DNA of 64,000 nucleotides from Okamejei kenojei. Its lineage: Eukaryota. Location: positions 18,600,001 to 18,664,000 of the forward strand of contig CM069164.1 in the NCBI GenBank assembly GCA_035221665.1, read 5' to 3'. Made by a program: the position numbers and the translations under genes. This document shows positions 53,191 to 64,000 of the stretch, piece after piece (positions within the stretch are counted from its first letter, which is position 1; each line of letters opens with the position of its first letter). The notes beneath the pieces were generated by a model. The model did no database searches, had not been told where the DNA came from, and saw only the letters and a list, made by a program, of their open reading frames with translations.

Positions 53191-54320
53191 TTGTGTAAAG
53201 CAACGCAAACCAACGTTGACCAACATGTTGACGATGGACCAGACAACAAGCGTTTACGAGCTTTTGCTGTTGATCATGTGTACAAATGCAGCAGTCAAGA
53301 GAACTGTAATTGCATGGGATGCATCCAAAAACAGAAGGACATAATCAAACTGACCGACAAAGTTGAAATGTTGGAAGGCAAGATAGAAGAATTGAAACTA
53401 AAATTGAAGAATGCTGCAGCTAAAAAACGTTTTTGTAGCAATATCAAGACTGACAAAAATGCGAGAAGATTGACAGGGCTTTCTTCGAAGGAAGACTTAG
53501 ACAACCTATGTGAGCATGTGAAACATAAACCAATGAAAATGCAATATTGGGATGGGAAGAAAAAAGTTGTTAGTACTAAAGTACCAATAATATTTAAACA
53601 ATCTCCAAAGAAGTCTGGACCCAGGTCAAAACTCAGCATCAAGGATGAAATAGTACTTGTGTTGATGATGCTGCGCCTTGGGCTGTCATTGGTGTTTCTC
53701 GCGACTTTGTTTGGACTGAGTGGGGATACATGTTCTAAAATATTCAGTATACTTGAATTAAATTCCTAGCCATCCAACTGAAACCCCTGATTTTCTGGCC
53801 AGATTGTGATTTGATAAGGTCCAAGCAGCCGAAACAGATAATAAAGAAATGCCCAGCACCGAGATGCATTTTCGACTTCACAGAGATATTTCTCGAACGA
53901 CCACAGCATCTACAATTGCAGGCTTTGACATTGTCCGACTACAAGAAACACAACACAAACTATTGGCCGGAATTGCCCCAAACGGCATCACATTCTTATC
54001 AAAAGCTTGGGGTGGGCGATCTGATACACCTGATACACACATTGTTAGGAAGAGTGGATTTTTGAACTTAATTGATCCTGGGGATTGCATAATGGCAGAT
54101 AGAGGATTTCCCATTTGAGAAGACTTGATGTTTCGTCAAGCCTATTTAGAGATTTCCCCTCCCAACGGTGGTCATCAGCAAATGACCAGAGAAAAATTAC
54201 ACAAAACCAAGAAGGTTGCCAATGTCCGCATTCTCGTTGAACAGACTAGAGGTCATCTGAAGATATTTTCACCGTCTGTGCAGCATTATGTAATTTTCTG
54301 CCTCCATTGGTGTGTAAATG
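53191..54320 (+). pseudogene. Frameshifted DDE (DDE_Tnp_4/HARBI1-like) transposase
   Basis: Successive frames give LVLMMLRLGL..LATLFGLS (HTH), CIFDFTEIFLERP..SDYKKHNT, GIAPNG.ITFLSKAWGGR.SD, CIMADRGF, and KVANVRILVEQ..GHLKIF. Confidence 0.85.
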
Positions 54321-54944
54321 AGATGTTGTTACACTTGCAGATCATTTTGATCAGAAGTTCAACTTTATGTTCAACCAGATTTGATAATGAACTGAAATCC
54401 AGAGCTTGCAGAGTTTACCACATGTACATTTCAACTCAGAGCTTTACGTCTCTTACATCGTACTTAATTTGCGAAACAGTTTTGTTATCACTATATATCT
54501 ATACAGAGCTCATTCACTGCGTTTAATTCATAGTATACAAACTGGTGGATTATTTTCTGACAGTACGACAGTACTGAACTATACATTTACTTTGTGATGG
54601 CCCAGTGTAGTTGCATTTGTATAAACAATTTTAAGATAATTTGTTTCTTCAAGCCACAATGACTATTTAATAATAGTTATACTGTATGTGTGTCTGGATG
54701 CATGTCGGGACCTTGTTTTGCATATCTGCTGGGTAGTTTTTAAATAATTCTTCATGTACCAGGTAGAGATAAAATGTTGGGGAAAATCATAGTGCTTTGG
54801 AATTGCAAATAATTGATAAAAACATGCTAGATGATTATTTAGGTGGCATGTCATGGTTGTTGTACACAAAGTGGAGGGTTGCTTGCTATCATTTTAAGAT
54901 ACCTGGATTGTAAGGCATCCAGGCCATCACGGACTATAGATCCA

Positions 54945-56612
54945 CCAACACCACCCCCACATCCAGCGATGCATCCTTCCTTGATGAGCTCAACCACTTA
55001 TGGCCGCTTTGACAGGGACTATCAAGAGATAGCCATCAAGGCTGTGCTCCCTGCTGATCACCAGCCCCTCACACTCACCCCTACGACGTGTATGTGGCAC
55101 TGAGTATGTAGCCCTGACGGCATCCCCGGGCGCGTCCTCAGGACCTGTGCTGCGCAGCTGACAGAAGTCTGGACTGACATCTTCAACCTGTCACTTGCCC
55201 CCACGTGCCTTAAAACCACCTCCATCGTGCCGGCGCCAAAACACTCCACTGCGGCGAGTCTTAACGACTTCCGTCCAGTTGCACTTACTCCCATCATCAC
55301 TAAGTGCTTCGAGAGGCTGGTCCTGGCACACCTCAAAGGCTGCCTAACTTCCACATTGGACCCCTATCAGTTCGCTTACCGCAGGTACAGGAGTAAGGAG
55401 GATGCCATCTCAACGGCACTTCACTCCGCCCTCTCTCACCTCGACACCTATAGCTGTTCATCGACTATAACTCAGCATTTAACACCATTATCCCCTTAAA
55501 ACTGATCACCAAACTCAGCAACCTGGGCATCGACCCCTCCCTCTGCAACTGGATACTGGACTTTATAACTAACAGCCCCCAGTCTGTTAGGTTAGACAAA
55601 CACACCTCTTCAACCCTCATCCTGAACACCAGCGTTCCACAGGGCTGTGTACTGAGCCCCCTCCTCTACTCCCTCTTCACCTACGACTGCACACCTGTAC
55701 ATGGTTCTAACACCATCATCAAGTGTGCAGATGATACAATGGTGATTGGCCTCATCAGCGACAACGATGATTCGGCCTATAGGGAGGAGGTTCAGCTCCA
55801 AGCAGCATGGTGCACTGACAACAACCTGGCCCTTAACTCCAAGAAGACCAAGGATCTCATTGTGGACTACAGAAGGTCTAGCGGCCGCACGCACATCCCC
55901 ATCCATATTAACGGGACGGAGGTGGAATGCGTTTCCAGCTTCAGGTTTCTAGGGGTCAACATCTCTGATGACCTCTCTTGGACCCACAATACCTCAACAC
56001 TGGTCAAGAAGGCTCACCAGCGTCTCTTCTTCCTGAGGAGACTAAAGAAGGTCCATCTGTTTCCTCAGATTCTGATGAACTTCTACCGCTGCACCATCGA
56101 GAGCATCCTTACCAACTGTATAACAGTATGGTATGGCAACTGCTCTGTCTCCGACCGGAAAGCACCGCAGAGGGTGGTGAAAACTGCCCTACGCATCACC
56201 GGTTCCTCATTTCCCTCCATTGAGTCTGTCCAGAGCAAGCGATGTCTGCGAAGGGCGTGCAGCATCGTCAAGGACTGCTCTCACCCCAGCCACAGACTGT
56301 TTACCCTCCTCCCATCCGGCAAGCGCTATAGGTCTCTCCGTTGCCGGACCAGCAGGTTCAGGAACAGTTTCCTCCCTGTGGCTGTTACACAACTTAACTC
56401 TGCACCTTGGTGACTGCTAGTCACCCCCCCCCCCCCCCCCGGACACTCCTTCCCCCAGAAAAATTGCACTACTGCTACTGTATGTACATATATATATTTT
56501 GCTGTTCCATTATTCTATGTTCGCTCTTCTGGGTGAGATGCTAACTGCATTTTGTTGTCTCTGTACCATACACCGCACAATGCCAATAAAGATTGAATCT
56601 GAATCTGATCTG
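54945..56612 (+). mobile_element. 5'-truncated Rex1/Babar-like LINE nested in the DNA transposon
   Basis: [47 protein letters not shown](C)[32 protein letters not shown]; frameshifted; ends in AATAAA plus a (GAATCT)n tail. Confidence 0.9.
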
Positions 56613-57701
56613 AAGATACAAAAAGACGAAAACTCAGACCAGAAATGTTATTTTACACAGTTCCGCCCAATACGTACACACAGTTTATAAAGCACTGCGT
56701 TCTCAATCACTAGCCAAGCTCTTTGTTTATCTCGAATGACCTTTGACAAATCCCATGATTTATTGCACACGCGAGATACCAAACTCGCTTATTGGGAATT
56801 ACTGTATGCAAATTTCTCCAACACCATTCAAGTACACTACAGGGTGGTTCAGAGAAACTGCAGAACTTAAGCTGCAGGCTAAATCACTACTCACTAAATA
56901 TGCACAATAGGGATTTTGAAAGGAAAGCCATTTATATTACACGTTGGTGTATTTATGTACTCGATAACTGATTTGTTTAAATGCTAAGGTACTGCCGGCC
57001 AGATGGCATCTCAGAAACCAAGTGATAAGTAGATTTAGGACGTTAGTACTTGGCTGAAAGGCCACATGGGAATAAGAGGTGCAGTAAGTTTTAACTATTG
57101 GCGAGGCAGGCACAAAATATGTTTGCCTGAGGACCATATATAACACAAAAGCATGTTGTAGTATCTAAAGTGCTCCAGTAATTATACTGACCCTGGCAAC
57201 ACAGTAAACACTGCAGAACAAGTAAAACTCTGACAATCTGGATAGTTCAGAAATCATTTGTTAGTCCAGAGTGTGTGCCAGAATTCCAAAATGTGATCAG
57301 GCAATGTGACCGGAGCCAGGGATCAGCAGCACGGTCAGAAAGGAATGCTGGAGAGTGGTCCGTTGTGCAGCTGCAAACAGGGTTGGGGCTGAAACACCAG
57401 GGGGTCAGGAAGCATGTAGGCTTGCAACCACAGCAAAGGTCCACAGTGCTTGTATATTTCCTGTTTCCTTCAAAATTGAAAAACGTATTATACTACTGTG
57501 TAAAATGTTTTTAAAAACTGAAATGACAATGCATTTGGGTATTAATAGTAGTGGCTTTTAATACTCTTACAGTACAGCACTAGCAACAAAATCTCAATTT
57601 GTTTTAGCTATATTGTCCATTTTACTATACAATGAATCTGGTTTTGCCTTGGATCAAATCTAACATGGCTATAATTACAAAGTCATATGTTACCTTACTT
57701 T

Positions 57702-57902
57702 GTTTAAGAAAGAACTGCAGATGCTGGAAAAATCAAAGGTAGACAAAAAAGCTGGAGAAACTCAGTGGATGACGCAGCATCTATGAAGCGAAGGAAAAGG
57801 CGACGTCTCGGGTCGAGACCCTTCTTCAGACTGAAGACCCGAAACGTCACCTACTCCTTCGCTCCATAGATGCTGCCTCCCCGCTGAGTTTCTCCAGTTT
57901 TT
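57702..57902. mobile_element. Penelope-derived fold-back insertion
   Basis: Inverted pLTR halves joined within the hammerhead motif; duplicated flank TGTTACCTTACTTT (57688-57701 / 57903-57916). Confidence 0.75.
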
Positions 57903-58973
57903 TGTTACCTTACTTTAGTACTTTGTTACCAATTGTAGAATGGTGTGAATTACAATATATTTTAAACGGTGAAATGTATGCACATTCAATAACTTATTCT
58001 TACGTACTGTTAAAAACAAAAAAAAAAATTAAAGTGACTGGAAATGCAAATGCTGAAAACTCTCAGCAGTTAGGTCGCATCTGCAGGAAGGGAAACAGAG
58101 CTAATGTTTCAGGGTGAAGGAGATCAAATCTGTAAGATGGGGAAGAAGTATGTCTCTGATAGGGTAAACCAGGAGTGGCATGAGGATAAATGTTCTCTCG
58201 TCAATGAGTGAATGGGAACAATTAGAGAAAAAGGAAACAGACAAAAAAATATATATGTGCAGGCTGGGCATATTTTTCACTGTCCTTCAAGCCCAGCAGA
58301 ACCCTAGTTTCCATGCTCTCCTTGAACCATATGGGAACCCATTTCCCAACTCCGTTTAAACTTGCTGGTTTATTGTGAAATTGATTATGACATTGCGTAA
58401 CATATAAAAAGCGATTATAAATGCGTTGGGTTTTAACAGGGACTAACATAAACTAATGAGGAAAATCTGTTAGTTCAACCTTGTGTCCTTGAAATGCCCA
58501 CAAGCCTTTGAAAACTAATGAATCGCTCAGATGCATGGTTGAAGATTATGATGTGCATACTTAGATTATTAGCCGATGTCGGTTATTGACCAATTTTGAT
58601 GTGCAATCAACATTTAAACCATCATGCCCACCAATACCAAGGCTTGAATCATGTTCATGGATGGATTAATAATTGACAACATATTATCTCAACCATGAAT
58701 ACCAAAGCAATTTAAAAAAATGCTTAAAAATCTAAATAAAGCTGCACTATAATGTGAAAATTATTGAGAAGTTATGATTATTTTATGCATATAAACGTGT
58801 ACAAATTCAAATTTAGTTTACACTTTAACTGACCACCTAAAATTGTCTTACATTCAACTTAAACACAGAAATGATCCTGATGACCACCGTGATCATTTCA
58901 CGTCCTTCCGTAGGTACTTGGGATTATGATGAAATACAACAGAAACTAGTATAGAGATTCTCTACGAAGTGTT

Positions 58974-59098
58974 GGGTGGAAGATTGCAACCTTCCCTGTT
59001 TCGACAAAGGCAATCAACCCGGTGTGCACAATCAAATAAGATCAAATAGAACAAATTGTCCTCCAACTTTCGGCTGTGCACGCCATACGCAAGAAGAC
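58974..59098 (+). mobile_element. HDV-ribozyme-headed retroelement, copy 4 (diverged, internal deletion)
   Basis: GGGTGGAAGATTGCAACCTTC..CCTGTTTCGAC..GCAATC..TGTGCACGCCATACGCAAGAAG; lacks ~11 nt spanning the end of L3, P3' and part of P1'. Confidence 0.8.
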
Positions 59099-59334
59099 GA
59101 CTATGTGTTCAATATATTTGGGGGCATTTTATATTTTAAAATGTTGTCAGCTCTCAAAACAAGATAACTTGATAGAATTTGCTCCAAGTATTTGCTTTCA
59201 CAAAGTGGGAACATTATTTAAATTTCAGCATGAATTAACCCTAACATTAGCAGAAAATCCCTATGCTCAGAGGTGGTTACAATACTGATTTGGGAAAACA
59301 CGTCATAATTATATTCAAGTTCTGGGGACTGACA

Positions 59335-59940
59335 AGTGCTTTCTACAGAAAGCAAACTCAATGCTAGCATTTATTTCAAGAGGGCATACATAGAAAAACA
59401 GGGATGTAATGCTGAGTAATATTGTGAACAATTTTGGGCACCATATCTGAGGAAGGATGTGCTAGGAGGTTTGCAAGAAAGATCCCAGGAATGAGTAGGT
59501 TAACCTGTGATGAGCGTATGTCGGCACTGGGCATGTACTCGTTGGAGTTTAGAAGAATGAGGAGGATGTAATTGAAACATACAGAATAGTGAAAGACTTG
59601 GATAGAGTGGATGTGGAGAGGATGTTTCCACTAGTGGGAGAGTTTAGGTCTAGAGGTCATAGCCTCAGAATTAAAAAAATATTTTAGGAAGGTGATGAGG
59701 AGAAATGTATTTAGTCTGAGGGTGGTGAATCTGTGGAATTCTTTGTCACTGAAGGTTGTGGAGGCCAAGTCAGTGGATATTTTCATGGCAGAGATAGATT
59801 ATTGATTAGTACATGTGTCAGAGGTTATGGGGAGAAGGCAGGAGAATGGGTTTAGGAGGGAGAGATAGATCAGCCATGAGATAGATGGCCGAGTAGACTT
59901 GATGGGTCGAATGACCTAATTCTACTCCTATCGCTTATAA
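59335..59940 (+). mobile_element. CR1/HER1-like LINE 3' fragment
   Basis: Close similarity to 38865-39297 (GGATAGAGTGGATGTGGAGAGGATGTTTCCACTAGTGGGAGAG). Confidence 0.85.
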
Positions 59941-62781
59941 CAAGGAACTTCCGTTCCTTTGTAAAATGATTGCATGAACAAATACTCAATTGAAAGGCAA
60001 AAACCCGCAGATGCTGGATATCAGACTAAATCACCTTTGTCATTTTAATACTCTGTGATTCCATCTGAAACTAAAAATTATGGAAAACTCGATAGATCCA
60101 TCTGCATTACAAATACAATCTCAGTTTTACAAACTAAGACAAACATTCAGCCAAATTGACATTGCCCTTATACTTCCACTGAACGCTGAACAATATCCAA
60201 TTGGTCAAATAAAGAACTGCTCTACATCTGAAATTTCATCACTAAAATTAAGGACCAGAATTAATGGGTTTAAGGTAGACAAAAATGCTGGAGAAACTCA
60301 GCGGATGAGGCAGCATCTATGGAGCGAAGGAAATAGGCAACGTTTCGGGTCAAAACCCAACACGCCGGGTTGATTCACTTGACAAAAATGCTGGAGAAAT
60401 TCAGCGGGTGATGACAAAAATGGTTTTAATGGTTAATGGTGTTAAATTCAGTTTGCCACCATGAGCACTGACATTGTTGTTATAACTTCCAGTCTGAACT
60501 GAACAGAGTGACGTTCCATTTCATGAATAGGAATAGCAATGGCTCTTTGTGCCACAAAGACTCTCAATAAACTTGCTAAATAATTGCGGCTAATCAGTCA
60601 CCGGGCAGCTGGAAATCATTTCATTAAAACAATTTTTGGTTGCGCTTTAGGCATTTCTGGACAAACCTTTCCTACTTCAACTACCTAAAATGTTGAAATC
60701 TCAGAAGTCATCCCATCCTAAGGCTACCTGCAAATCTTGTAGTTAACAAAGTTCTTGTTGAAAGCATTCATTGTGATGTACTCCAATTACCAAATGATTT
60801 TGCACAACATTTTTTACAACTATTATAAATCAGATTCTGCTGTTATTACTTGTCACTATATAGCAAAGATCACATGATAGGAAAGAGTATAGGAGGATTC
60901 AGAAATTTACAAAGATGTTGCCAAGACATGGAAAATTGAACCAGGAATTGACAACTGGATAACCAATGGTTATTTTCATTAGAAATATGACTGAGGGAAG
61001 ATCATACTAAAATGAATGGCCTGGTAGAATATATGGGAATGATCTACGTCCTTCAGCAGAAGGGTCAAAAGTTAGGGTGTACGGATTTAAGGCACTTGGT
61101 GGAGGAATTAGAGTGCAGAATACTCACTGCCTAAAATGAGTGCAGATAACTTATCACATTTAAACAGTATTTGGACGATTGCTTGAAGAGCCCTGACCTG
61201 TAGAGTTATGAATCTCGGGGAGCTCTTTTTTCCATAATGGCCATCTTCTGTGTTCCAAATTATTTATGATTTTATCATTCTTTAAAATGAAGTAATTTTA
61301 CAAAAAATGTATGGAATGTTAGAGGTATGTTGTGGGCAGATCATCTTTCAATTAACTCACCTGCTTTCAGGCACAACTACCTTGCATAAATAATAATAAC
61401 CAAATTTCAAAAGTAAAATGCCATAGATGCTCGAAATCTGAAATAAAACCAGAATATTCTAGACATTCTTAGCAGCTCAGGTAGTATCTGTGGAGAGAAA
61501 AACAGTTACGTTTTAGGTTGATGATTTGACGTTTTCAGTATTTACCTCATTTTATGATTCCAAATGATGAAAAATAGCTGGACTAATCATGATCATTTTT
61601 TGGTGGCTCCGTGAAATCACTATCATAGATCATCTGACACTTTGAAACTGAAGTTCAAGATAATTGTAGGTCTGTGAAGTGCCAAAGTTTACAGCTTTAT
61701 GTTAGATCGAGAGTCAGTATTACTGTGTTTTCCCTAGCATTATATTACTTGGGTCAGGAGGAGTTTGATTTGGGGGAGGAGAGGCGGAAGAGAAAAGGAA
61801 AAAGCATAAAACACACTGGGATTTTGTCCCAGGTGAAGAAAGGCGAGGGCCCAGTGATTTTGATGGGTAATTGTATCTGCCTCAATAGCTTCCTCTGGAA
61901 ACTCGCTCCAGATACAGACTGAATTCAGTGAATACACAAATGCAGGGGTCCGAGGGGTGTTAAAATGGCTCGATTTATTTTCAAATGTAACTAAATCCTG
62001 TCAGGAACATTTAAGGCCAAAGGCCTCAGAGCTGCCAGAGGCAGAGTCATCATTCCTCAACAATGCTGGATTCTGATATCTGGTGAGCCAACAGCACTTG
62101 CCTTCGTCATCTGGCCTAACTAAGCATGGCCTTGGGCAGACAGTAAGCTGCAAATCCAGCAAGGAAGGACCAGTCCAATGTGGTTTAATCAAAGTATTAG
62201 TACTGTAATTTACAAAATGCAAAACATAACTCTTTACAAAATATGCTATTTGCCTCCAGGTATTGCATTCTTCATTAGTTGTAACCAAATTATATTATAG
62301 CTCCTCATATCTTTTCATAAATGTTCTATCAGCAGAAGATATAATATCCTGAAAAATAGGTTGTCCTTTTAATGATAGATAACAAAGAATATTACGGTCA
62401 AATCATTGCTCCTCGGTGTATTTATGTTTTCATAACCATGATTAGATCAATAAACAAACAATATTTATCATAAGGGAAAAAACTGAATTATCTGTTGTTG
62501 TGGCTCTGTCCCATAACATTAAATAACAGAAAAATCTGGGAGAGTAAAAAAGATTGAAGATAATAATTCAACGGACTAACCTTAAAGAAATCTAAATTAT
62601 CCTCAATTAACAAAGTCTATTACAAGGATGAAAAATTGTAGAACATTTATATATCAGTTGTTATGTATATTGCAAAGAAGCTCTTCACTGATGCGTCATT
62701 TATAAACTACAATCCATGTTTAAAGTCTGTCTGTAATCTATATTTCACTTGGTTATTTACGATTTCTAATGTAATACCCAC

Positions 62782-62904
62782 TTGTATTCGTCATAAACCT
62801 CTTGCTTGGGCAGTGAAGTATCTGGGTGGTCCTCCAAATGATTTCGGATCCAGTTACATGCATGCATTTGCAGTGTACGGCTGGATGACAAAGAGCTTGG
62901 ACTG
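62782..62904 (-). CDS. RFX7: RFX7 coding exon (123 nt; start of the RFX DNA-binding domain)
   Basis: TTGTTTGCAG|C AGT.. encodes [40 protein letters not shown](K), then |GTGGGT. Phase 2 joins the 117-nt exon. Earlier exons lie beyond the window. Confidence 0.95.
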
Positions 62905-63534
62905 CTGCAAACAATGAAGAAATGTTAGCATGGTTACAACATAGAAATTAAGCAAGATGCACAGGGAAGGTTTTGTGGTTTTAGAAACATGAGAAAAGTT
63001 ACCATTAAATCTAACTAACCTTTTGGAATTTGTGACAAGCTAATCAATTCACAAATCAATTAATTAATTAATTGATACGCCCCTTTTTCATAATACAATT
63101 ACAATTATTTCTGACAATAAAGATCTGATAATAAAATTAATAGCTTTTACCATTTTAATTTGTTTTCCTCATTCCAGTTGCTAATAAATCAGGAAAACTA
63201 AGTCAAACTATTGTTTTAATAACTGTTGTCTATTTTAATATTAAAAAACTTACTTGTAATTATATTCCTCAATATTTATTATAGTCTACAAAATAGATTA
63301 GAAATATATATTACTATGCGGCTGATTAAGCTGTTGGAATAAAGCTCAAAGGAAGCAGATTTTCTAACCCTAGCCCAACATAAAATGTAAGAAAAATCAT
63401 ACTGATTGTTTATCTGCATTACAATTTTGATGAATGATATAATAAATCTGGTGATCCTACAGTAAAGCTAGCTTTCGACCTGGGTAGATCTGCCTAGTCA
63501 TTATTATTGCTTTATAACTGTACAGCAGTTACAA

Positions 63535-63630
63535 CAGTCTGAAGAAGGGTCTCGACCCGAAACATCGCCTATCTCCTTCGCTCCTTAGATGCTGCTGCAC
63601 CCGCTGAGTTTCTCCAGCTTTTTGTGTAAC
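63535..63630 (+). mobile_element. Short Penelope-like pLTR fragment with hammerhead motif
   Basis: CAGTCTGAAGAAGGGTCTCGACCCGAAACATCGCC; ACAACAG occurs on both sides. Confidence 0.7.
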
Positions 63631-64000
63631 GCACAACAGAGAAATAGACTGTTTGACCCAAAAGGATATATTTGGAATTGAACTTCTCACTCTGTTTCTT
63701 CTGCTAACCCAATGTATTTCTCATTGCTTACCCCCTCATATACATCTAGCTTCCTCTTAAATGCCTCATCTACTTTTTAAAACGGTAAGTGCCACATGCT
63801 AAGCACTACATAAAGTATTATTTCCCAAATTCCCTTTTGTATTAGTTGTGATGGTCTCTCAATTATGACCCCCAAGCTCCATACTGTTCTTGCTCTCGTA
63901 GTAAATACCCTCCTATCAAACCCTTTCAACAAGTTTTAATGGGGTGTTTATCTTCTATTTTCCAGAATATATACAGCACATCCCATTAAACTGATCGTTT

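Larger units (their letters stand above)
52432..56790 (+). mobile_element. ISL2EU / PIF-Harbinger-type DNA transposon (decayed, with nested LINEs)
   Basis: 15-bp perfect TIR AAGCGAGTTTGGTAT (52432-52446) / ATACCAAACTCGCTT (56776-56790), flanked by AT on both sides, with an internal transposase remnant. Confidence 0.85.

Noticed and set aside
53191-54526. Domesticated HARBI1-like host gene
   Set aside because: Multiple frameshifts and stops, and it lies between TIRs.

Overview
AT-rich, repeat-dense vertebrate genomic DNA. The repeat content (HE1-like V-SINEs, CR1/HER1-type LINEs) suggests a cartilaginous fish, probably a skate or ray; this is inference. Two genes lie on the minus strand in the order known from other vertebrates. 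The first is the 3' part of RFX7: six coding exons from 62904 to the stop at 33799, including one AT-AC (U12-type) intron and a probable ~6-kb 3' UTR. The second is the CpG island and first coding exon of NEDD4 (20042-20001, MASFPEVRGVATDE); 1-20000 is presumably NEDD4 intron 1. Nearly all other ORFs in the track are repeat-derived or spurious. Best finding: a ~135-nt non-autonomous retroelement present in 4 copies, all sharing a 5' end that coincides with G1 of a compact 54-nt HDV/CPEB3-like self-cleaving ribozyme. A structured 3' domain, a (GAA)n tail and imperfect target-site duplications follow. Three copies cluster, in the sense orientation, between the RFX7 3' end and the NEDD4 promoter. 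Also notable are an abundant Penelope-derived family carrying minimal hammerhead ribozyme motifs and forming fold-back insertions with 13-15-bp TSDs, and a decayed ISL2EU/Harbinger-type DNA transposon with intact TIRs, an AT TSD and two nested LINEs. All structures were folded by eye and all family names come from recognition, not database searches; repeat boundaries are approximate.
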